DNA of 64,000 bases. Origin: Octopus vulgaris. Taxonomy: Eukaryota. The stretch's first letter is position 1; each line of letters begins with the position of its first letter. Shown here in pieces: positions 55,139 through 64,000 of this stretch. Both the position numbers and the translations under genes were made by a program. The stretch spans positions 60,078,001-60,142,000 of the forward strand of contig OX597826.1 of NCBI GenBank assembly GCA_951406725.2, read 5' to 3'. Below the pieces are notes generated by a model. It was not told the DNA's origin. It saw nothing but the letters and a program-made list of their open reading frames with translations, and ran no database searches.

Positions 55139-56684
55139 TAACTAATTAATTGATGAAGATGACTTCGAGGCACTGCAGTTTTTCGATACTATTTTGTGTA
55201 GTCTTTCACTAAAACGAAAGAGCAGTACTGAATCTTGCTTATAGAAATCAGTAAATTATGTGCTGGTACATGCTGCTATCTTTCAAATCATGAATAATTC
55301 TCGAAGTGCAGGGAAAACGGCAAGAATTCAAACAAAAATGAACTTAATTTACTCTTCTGGCAATGTCGGACGTGAATATGCTGATCGCTTTTTGCGTAAC
55401 GTCAATCCAGTGTTTTCCTCGCTTTAAACGATATGTTTTCGTTATTATCGGGTTGGTAAAAATCAGCAAGCACGAGTAAATAATTTGCTTGCTAATTTCT
55501 ATAAACAAGAACATCCATTCTTGTTCAGAATCATTTATCCAGTGTATATTTTACTGGCAAAACAAATAATAACGTTGAAACATTGCGATGACTGAAACTC
55601 TAACGATACCAAAAGTTTACGTGTTATGTTCAGGAGTTTCTTTAAAATATACAAGAGGTAAGTAATATTAAGCTAATCACGAGATTATTGTACTTATCGT
55701 AAGTGATGGGACCAACGAGGTTCCCGTGTCATACTTAAGTTGTATTCTTATTTTAGATCGACAATTACTTTACTATTTCAGAACATGTCTAAATGACGGT
55801 CTTAATATTAATACAGACTATAACTAAGTACTGATTATAGCCAGATATTTTAAGCAATGTTATGGATTCAGCTAGAAAAGGGCTCAAAATGGGATAAAAA
55901 TTGCTTTTGTAATAAATATAGAAAGGTATCGTAGACTATAACGCATAACCGTAAAGTAATATAACTTTCATTTAGACTGATAATTAACCAAGTCGAATGA
56001 CTTGTCTTACAAATGGTTTGCCGTTCTCTATGTTTAGAGATCAACCACATGTAAAGGCGTGAAATGTATCGTTCATTCTTACTGAAGTATAATAGAATAA
56101 AATTGCATTTAGCGAACATGAAATTTTGACGCATAATTCTAGATTGCGAACGATTAGTTTTACTTGAAGCAAAGCTTTTGAATGCAGGAAAAAACCTGAG
56201 AGTAATTTTTGAAGTCAACAGAGGAATGTAACAATGAGAGATATTTGTGATATATTCCATACGAATTAAACGATGTCTTCTTAACAGAGGATCGAATGTA
56301 AATCGGAGCTTCCTTCAGGCAGAAGTAAACACACATCTCTTAATACATTTTCGCCAGAAGGGAAATTTAACTCTTAAAATTAAGCTTCAAATCCTTATTT
56401 ACCATACCACTACGTATTAATTTTGCCTGGATTTTCTATGCTTCTCATGATGTGAGGCCACGCGGGAGCTGAAATATAGCTACTGCATCTTTCCTTTCAA
56501 CGTTTAACTACTAAGTGCCGTAAGTTTGGTATATTGCGTTTGTGTGAACTTAACACTCAGCTGCTCGTTTTGGAAACATCATGCCCTGTATTCTTCATCA
56601 GTACCTTGTAAGGATGTGAGTAGCAAATATAGGTATGTATGCATGAATTATGTACTATGTTCATGTATGTGTATGTGCTTGTGC

Positions 56685-56741
<57 letters not shown>

Positions 56742-56742
<1 letters not shown>

Positions 56743-57149
56743 TTTTCTCTCTTTTACTTGTTTCAGTCATTTGTCTGCGGCCTTGCTGGTGCACCGCCTT
56801 TAGTCGAGCAAATCGACCCCCGGACTTATTCTTTGTAAGCCCAGTACTTATTCTATCGGTCTCTTTTGCCGAACCGGTAAGTGACGGGGACATAAACACA
56901 CCAGCATCGGTTGTCAAGCAATGCTAGTTGGGCAAACACAAACACACAAACATATACACACACAAACACATATATATACATATATACGACAGGTTTCTTT
57001 CAGTTTCCGTCTACCAAATCCACTCACAAGGCTTTGGTCGGCCCGAGGCTATAGTAGAAGATACTTGCCCAAGGTGCCACGCAGTGGGACTAAACCCGGA
57101 GCCATGTGGTTGGTAAGCAAGCTACTTACCACACAGCCACTCCTGCGCC
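56742..57149 (-). mobile_element. SINE group C, full length
   Basis: Reverse complement of the group C pattern. Confidence 0.9.
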
Positions 57150-57175
57150 AATATATATATATATATATATATATA

Positions 57176-57490
57176 GTATATAAAGTTAATCCAAACATGA
57201 AAGCACAAAAAACACCACAACGTGAGGACGTGGAACAAATATAGTATTATTGGACGCTCAGGAAAGAACGAAAGAAGGAGGGTTTAACGTTTCTAGCGGA
57301 GCTCTTTGTCGGAAACATAGGAGAAGGAAAGATCCAGAGAAGGGGAGGTAGAGGAAAAAATCGCCACCGGTACACACGCAGCCACACCTTCTTTCCTTGT
57401 TTGCTGAGCGTCCAATAATACTATATTTGTTCCACGTCCTCACGTCGTTGTGTTTTTTTGTGCTTTCATGTTTGGATTAACTTTATATAT
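57176..57490. mobile_element. Inverted-repeat element in (TA)n carrying a variant hammerhead (Penelope-type)
   Basis: Arms ATATAAAGTTAATCCAAACATGAAAGCAC...GGACGCTCAG and its reverse complement at about 57404-57490. The spacer holds minus-strand GUUU-CCGACAA-A-GAGC(UCC)GCUA-GAAA-CG-UU-AAAC at 57282-57316. Confidence 0.8.
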
Positions 57491-57519
57491 GTATATATAT
57501 AAATATATATATATGTATG

Positions 57520-57552
<33 letters not shown>

Positions 57553-57900
57553 GTATGAAATTATATAATTTTATGAATTTATACGAGGGCGGCGGTGCAT
57601 GCATACATTTACAAATGACTAGACAATATACCTTACATCATATTGCTAAGCAATGCACATCGTAAAACATAAGGTGTGCAAAATTCTCGATAATATCAGG
57701 AGTGGAAACGTGAATTCCCTCTGAATATGAATAAAAACGGGCGAACAGATATCGCAGCACACTGATGTATATGTTGTTATTAAAAAACGATTCAAAATAA
57801 ATACATATAAAAAAGCTTTTTGGAGTGTATGTATGTAAATGTGTGTGTATGAGTGTGTGCGTGTGTGTACGGTATAGATAAATAGAAAGATAAATATACA

Positions 57901-57954
<54 letters not shown>

Positions 57955-58096
57955 CATAGAGAGACAGAGAAAGACAGAGAAAGACAGAGAGAAAAGAGAA
58001 AGAGATAGCTACATAGATAGGTATAGAAATAGGGAGATAGATAGACAGATAAAGAGAGAGAGAGAAAGAGGTAGATATATAGATATACAATCGGAC

Positions 58097-58139
<43 letters not shown>

Positions 58140-58966
58140 AGAGAGAGAGAAAGACAGAAAGAAAGAGAGAGGGAAAACAGAAAGAGATAGGTACCTAGAG
58201 AGAAATATGTAGATAGATAGATAGATATATAGATATGCAAGTATATGTTTCATGATTCCGTTCTTCCTCGACTTAATATGAGGCCTTAAAACATTTTATT
58301 TCTCCCGCAGACATTCAATATTTTCTCCTGCTTCTATTATCTAGATTTGGAAGAGTCGTAAAATCTAAAGAGTATAGAGGAAATAATTATCGCCATTTAC
58401 GAAGATTTGTCATATGACCGGAAGTAATAACTAATCGAGTAATTTTTTTCTGATTTCTTAAAAAATACAATACTTGTTACACTTTTTGTATGTAATTGCT
58501 TTGTAATATTTTGCTGTCCTAAGGGGGTAGGGTGTAACTTCAGAGTAATTGTTCGTGATGATCTAGGGTGTTTACGACATCGGGTGGGGTGCGTTTGCAA
58601 GTGGCAGATAATAAAAAGACGAAACAAAAAATAAAACGCAATGGCGCCTGAATTCTATAACCGAGAATAGTTATGAGAGACGAATCAGGATTGCATTCTG
58701 TCTCTCTTCCTGTAGATACGTTAAATATATACATGCTTACAAACATACATATTTCGGCGTATGTTCGTGTTAATACAGACAGAGATATACACACACACTC
58801 ACGTATGTTTCGTGGTTAATTTTCGTACAAACATGAACGCATATACGTATATATTCGTACATAGACGCAGACATAAATGTGTGTGTGTGTAACGTCATTC
58901 ATACAAGAAATCAAACTTACGCGTGTGCAACATACACAAATATAGAATTTTGCATATACACACACC

Positions 58967-59004
<38 letters not shown>

Positions 59005-59189
59005 TATAGATATATAGATATACATATAGATAGATATATATTTATTCATTTATATATACATATAGTCATAAATACCCGAAGATATATAAATAACTGATAT
59101 CAAGTGTCCGTAGCTATTATTGTTATTTCTCCAAACTTGATTAGGGACGAAAAGTGTTCTTGCTTCTTAGGATACATACAGACGCATGC

Positions 59190-59304
<115 letters not shown>

Positions 59305-59367
59305 TATATATATGCATATATATACATATCTATCGATATATATACATAAATATTTATACATATATAC

Positions 59368-59406
<39 letters not shown>

Positions 59407-59484
59407 TATATATGTGCGTGTATGTGTGTTTGCGTATGTAAAGGTAGCAGAAGGTATGAAGCTGCAGAAAAGGCATGAACCTGT

Positions 59485-59831
59485 TTAGAAATAGGAGCTA
59501 ACTTCACAATTCAGCCGCCGGAATTCACCAAATAACAGAAAAACAATAGTAGGCGGGGAAATGTACATTAAAAAAGCATACCTTTAATGAATGTGATATT
59601 CAGATACGCATATACCATAGTTTAGGGTTCAAAATTCAGTCTGTCATGTTATAAATCTGTCAGTTTTACGGTTTGTTCTGCGCGAAGCCGGTCTACATTG
59701 CGAAAAAAATATATATGAGCAAAAGCATTCGAGTAGTTACACTCGAAGTATGATGATATTACTGTTAATATCATCTGCAGTGAATATTTTTAATTGATAA
59801 TATTAACAGTGTAAATACTCGAATGTTTTTG

Positions 59832-59884
<53 letters not shown>

Positions 59885-60045
59885 CACCATGTGGACCGGT
59901 TTTGAGCAAAGCAAGCCATAACACTGGCAGATATATAACGCGACTTTGAATTTTTATTAAGTTCTAATTCTTTATCTGTTACCTGCCTATTTATCTTATT
60001 CGGTGCCTCAGCGGTTGAATTCGGAATTTCGCTCCTATTTCTAGA
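59485..60045. repeat. Nested inverted repeats
   Basis: Diverged outer arms TAGAAATAGGAGC...CCGGTC at 59485-59700 (+) and 59883-60045 (-). Inner hairpin 59709-59842 has 35-bp arms with 2 mismatches. Confidence 0.7.
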
Positions 60046-60616
60046 TACATACATACATAAATACATACATGCATACATACATACATACATACATACATAC
60101 ATACATACATACATACATACATTCATACATCCATCGACCCATACATATTTACCTAATTCATACATACAGACATAGATACACACATACATACATACTTTAC
60201 ATGTATAGGTATATACATGCATTCATAGATGGTGATTGCTCTATTTTCATACATGATTGCTCTCCTCTACTTCCTCGTTGTTAGTGACATTTCTCACTTT
60301 CCTTCCATGACCTCTCAGATGACTATTTAGTCCTATTGCTGATCTCTATGGTTTGAAGCATATGTAACAGAAGATACTTGTTATAGTGTCCTTACGTCTG
60401 GTTAGATCGACACCTCTCATTTGTTCCCATAGAGTTTCAGTAGATGAGATGACAAATGAAGTCAGCACAAAGAGACATCTTTACGTCATTGGATGATAGA
60501 GTTCAACGCTTCTACAAAACGTGTGCTTATTTCCATCTACCTTATTAGTACCTGGTGACAGACGAAAGTGAAATGTCCAGAAATCACATAAAACCGCTGG
60601 TTCTACATCAGTGTCC

Positions 60617-60665
60617 GAAGCCTTGTGGGTGGATTTGTTAGACGGAAACTGAAAGTAGCCCGTCG

Positions 60666-60761
<96 letters not shown>

Positions 60762-60966
60762 TTTGTGTGTGTTTGTCCTCCCAACATCGCTTGACAACCG
60801 ATGCTGGTGTGTTTACGTCCCCGTATCTTTGCGCTTCGGCAAAATAGACCGATAGAATAAGTACTAGGCTTACAAAGAATAAGTCCTGGGATCGATTTGC
60901 TCGACTAAAGGCGATGCTCCAGCATGGCCGCAGTCAAATCACTGAAACAAGTAAGAGTAAAAGAGT
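60617..60966 (+). mobile_element. SINE group C, 5' truncated
   Basis: Starts at AAGCCTTGTGGGTGGATTTG; full tail present. Confidence 0.9.
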
Positions 60967-61970
60967 ATCCGTATCTCCTTCTGAACTGACCAACCTTCTG
61001 CTCTTTACACAGTTATTAGCCGCTTTCATGAGCCCACTATATTATACACTTAAGTAATCCCATTTCTAGGCCAATTTTGAAAATCACACACAGACACATA
61101 CACACAACACACATACATGTACGCACGCACACACACAAACACAGACACATAAACACACAATAGAAACAATAACTCCATAACTCAGTCATATATACATATA
61201 CATTTATGTATGCATGCAAGAATATATGCAATCATAAATGCATGTCTTCAAGTATACATATGTAAACACAACGCCATCATCCATAGACGTACATGCATAA
61301 AGGGTTAATCTTAGGCGCGTTTTGGAACATTTTCTGCTCAAATTATACCGATTTAATCAATCCTGTACTAGTATCTAGTTTCTCTAATATATTTTCTATT
61401 CTAAATAAGAGATTCAGTTATTACCCCACCATCTTAGCGTCGATCTGACTGAATTTCTTTTAATAAATGCTTCGCACCTCATGGGATTTCGTTAATACCA
61501 TCAATGTTGTGCATTTAGGTAAAACATTAGCACTAACATCAAAAATGTGAACTAAGATAACTTAAGCATTCTTCTCACTTCGTTACGTCTTTGCACTTAG
61601 GATATAATTTAATTAGCTGATATGAAAATGATACGTTTCAAACGAACGCTTTGACGATATTTCTTTTCCTACTTGTTTAGAGATGTTACAAAGCAACAAC
61701 CCTTTTTTGGGCAAAAATATGAGGAAACTAACGGCTCACGTATTAATCGCTACTGAAGATACACGTACGAATTCCTTGGAAATATATGGTAACATGATTT
61801 GGAATATCAATACCTGCTTGTGTAAGGAGAACGGCTTTATCCAGAAAGTTATTTTCTCTGATATTATTTGGGTAACTATAATTCTGACGTGGATGGGTTA
61901 ATTAGTCTACACTAATGTCATTCTCAGAGTCAAATTTGTAGTCAGGAAGTGTAATCCACAAGGGGCTGAG

Positions 61971-62120
61971 TACCAGTCATTGCAAATGATCAACTACTTT
62001 TAGATTTTACCGCTGACTCTTTTGGCTTCGAGACTATATTAGTCAAGACTATATTAGTCTCGAAGCCAAAAGAGTCAGTGGTAAAATCTAAGAATAGTTG
62101 ATAATTTGCAATGACCGGTA
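61971..62120. mobile_element. 150-bp palindrome, TA-flanked MITE-like element
   Basis: TA-CCAGTCATTGCAAAT...ATTTGCAATGACCGG-TA. Arms pair up to a centre made of two tandem AGACTATATTAGTC units. Confidence 0.85.
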
Positions 62121-62515
62121 AGATTCGTTATTATTTTTTCTATGATTATAGTTTACATCCTTGGTTAAAATATTTTTATACGCGTTCGCGTCAATAATAT
62201 ATAGACCCGTTGTTTGCATACTTAGATGCATACATAAATACATACATACGTTCGTACACATAAACATTCGTATATAACGATAACCGTAACGCGGAAGGAA
62301 GTATGGAAGTATATATTTGATGTGCTTGACTACGAGTCTTTTATATCTTAAGTGCGTGGCGTACTAAATTGTCATTCAATTTGTAATACAGAAATTATTA
62401 ACGGGCTTTTGATTTTTCGGTTTTTGATAGCTTTGTTCTTTATATTATACCATACATCGATATTTCGAGTATCTCCCTCACAGGAATTCTAGTTCTCCTT
62501 AGAGAATTCGCCTTA

Positions 62516-62745
62516 GGCGGCGAGCTGGCAGAAACTTTAGCGCGCCGGGCAAATTGCTTATCGGTATTCCGTCTCCCTTTACGTTCTGAGTTCAATTTCC
62601 GCCGAGGTCGACTTTGACTTTCATCCTTTCGGGGTCGATAAATTAAGTACCAGCTACGCACTGGGGTCGATGTAATCGACTTAATCCCTTTGTCTGTCCT
62701 TGTCTGTCGCCTCTATGTTTAGCCCCTTGTGTGCAATAAAGAAAA
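62516..62745 (+). mobile_element. SINE group D, full copy
   Basis: GGCGGCGAGCTGGCAGAA head, GAGTTCAATTTCC B-box-like motif, central domain and A-rich end. Confidence 0.9.
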
Positions 62746-63344
62746 AAGGAATTCTAATTCTCATTAGAGTGATACTTATTCAAGTTTTTCTAGTTTAAGT
62801 AGATTTCGTTGTGTTGATATGTATGTGTGTGTATGTTTGTGTGTGTGTTTACATATATAAATAAAAGACTTACGAGGAAAGCATCATGGTCGACTATTAA
62901 ATGGGCATACGTATTTTGACATACAAATTTTTTAAAAAGGATCCACTCCCAGTGTTACTAGGAATCTTGAAGCAAATATCATGGGAAATTCGTCCAAAGT
63001 AATTTATTTGAACCAGCGACAGCAAAATGATGTGGTGCTAATGAGAATTTATTTCTTCGCAAAACCCGCAGGAAATAGAAACGATATCTCCTTCAAGTCG
63101 AAACATACAGTTCTTGAAAAATGAAACACCTAATGGAGAATGTAGACGAGAAACCAACAAAAACAAAAAAATGATAATTGTAATTGGAATAACTCTAATC
63201 ATATAATCTGGAGAAATGAAGAGGATATTGCCGTTAAGAACTACTAAACCATCGTTTTTTAAGTATGATAAAAACACACATATACATAAACGCACTAACA
63301 TACAAACACACGTACGTATATATGTACATGAACATATATATATA

Positions 63345-63695
63345 TACTAGCAGTATCGCCCGGCGTTGCTCAGGTTTGTAAGGGAAATAACTATAAAGCA
63401 TTTTTAGAGAGTTATAGCCAAAAAATGGAAAAAAATGATGGTAAATTTTTTTTGAGAGTAAAAAAAGGTGGAGTTGCGTCCCCTAGACGGTTTGTGTTTC
63501 TGATTCTCGACCCCATGTCGAATTTATCGATTTTTTTCAGAACTGGGGGAACTTTTCAAAATTTTCGCTGCGTTAGTTTTGAATTATGACATTGGGCTAT
63601 GTGTGTGTCAAGTTTCATCAGAATCGGTTGAAAGCCGTGGTCAGGGTGAGGGTACGAGAAAACAGACACAAAGAAACACGCACAGACAAACTGCC

Positions 63696-63703
<8 letters not shown>
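63345..63703 (+). mobile_element. Non-autonomous Helitron-like element (Lep1/HINE-type ends)
   Basis: One end is TACTAGCAGTATCGCCCGGCGTTGCTCAGG (CTAG plus GC hairpin). The other is CAAGTTTCATCAGAATCGGTT..ACAGAC..TTTTATATA. Inserted in TA context; biological orientation may be opposite. Confidence 0.7.
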
Positions 63704-63727
<24 letters not shown>

Positions 63728-63730
<3 letters not shown>

Positions 63731-63825
63731 GCATAACCTATAGTGGTTAGCCATATTGAGATGGCAAATATACCTCACATTGTCGTGCAGTTACTGTTTA
63801 TACCTCGTTCAGAAATTTATTATTG

Positions 63826-63830
<5 letters not shown>
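63728..63830 (+). repeat. Dispersed TA-flanked repeat, homologue of 53262-53428
   Basis: Near-identical segment of about 55 bp. Confidence 0.75.
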
Positions 63831-63860
<30 letters not shown>

Positions 63861-64000
63861 ACACATGTACATATGCAAACACCTACACACGGAAGGATGA
63901 CACACGTACACGCTCACACATATGCATACAATTCATACTAAACATTACAAAGCCCTATCATGATCGAAAATGAGGTTAAATGCAAAGTTACTACATTTAT

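Noticed and set aside
55232-55510. 19-bp imperfect inverted repeat as MITE ends
   Set aside because: Short, AT-rich, with no TSD or second copy in the window.

Overview
AT-rich, microsatellite-saturated animal genomic DNA. The SINE repertoire resembles coleoid cephalopod (Octopus-type) sequence, recognised from memory rather than by a search. No complete protein-coding gene, rRNA, true tRNA or CRISPR array is supportable, and most ORFs in the track are translations of (TA)n/(CA)n/(GATA)n/(TTA)n repeats. The window holds many copies of four tRNA-headed SINE groups, decayed LINE pieces (RTE, CR1-like, R4/Dong-like RLE), Penelope-like (GIY-YIG) remnants, a mariner 5' fragment, a non-autonomous Helitron-like element and several long palindromes. 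A few candidate exons suggest it may be the intronic part of a large gene. The most notable signal is a set of minimal type-I hammerhead ribozyme motifs, canonical and variant, in Penelope-type terminal repeats that mostly sit in (TA)n tracts, sometimes as inverted structures. Also notable are a SINE/LINE pair sharing a 3' stem-loop with compensatory changes and an RTE fragment that looks crustacean-like.
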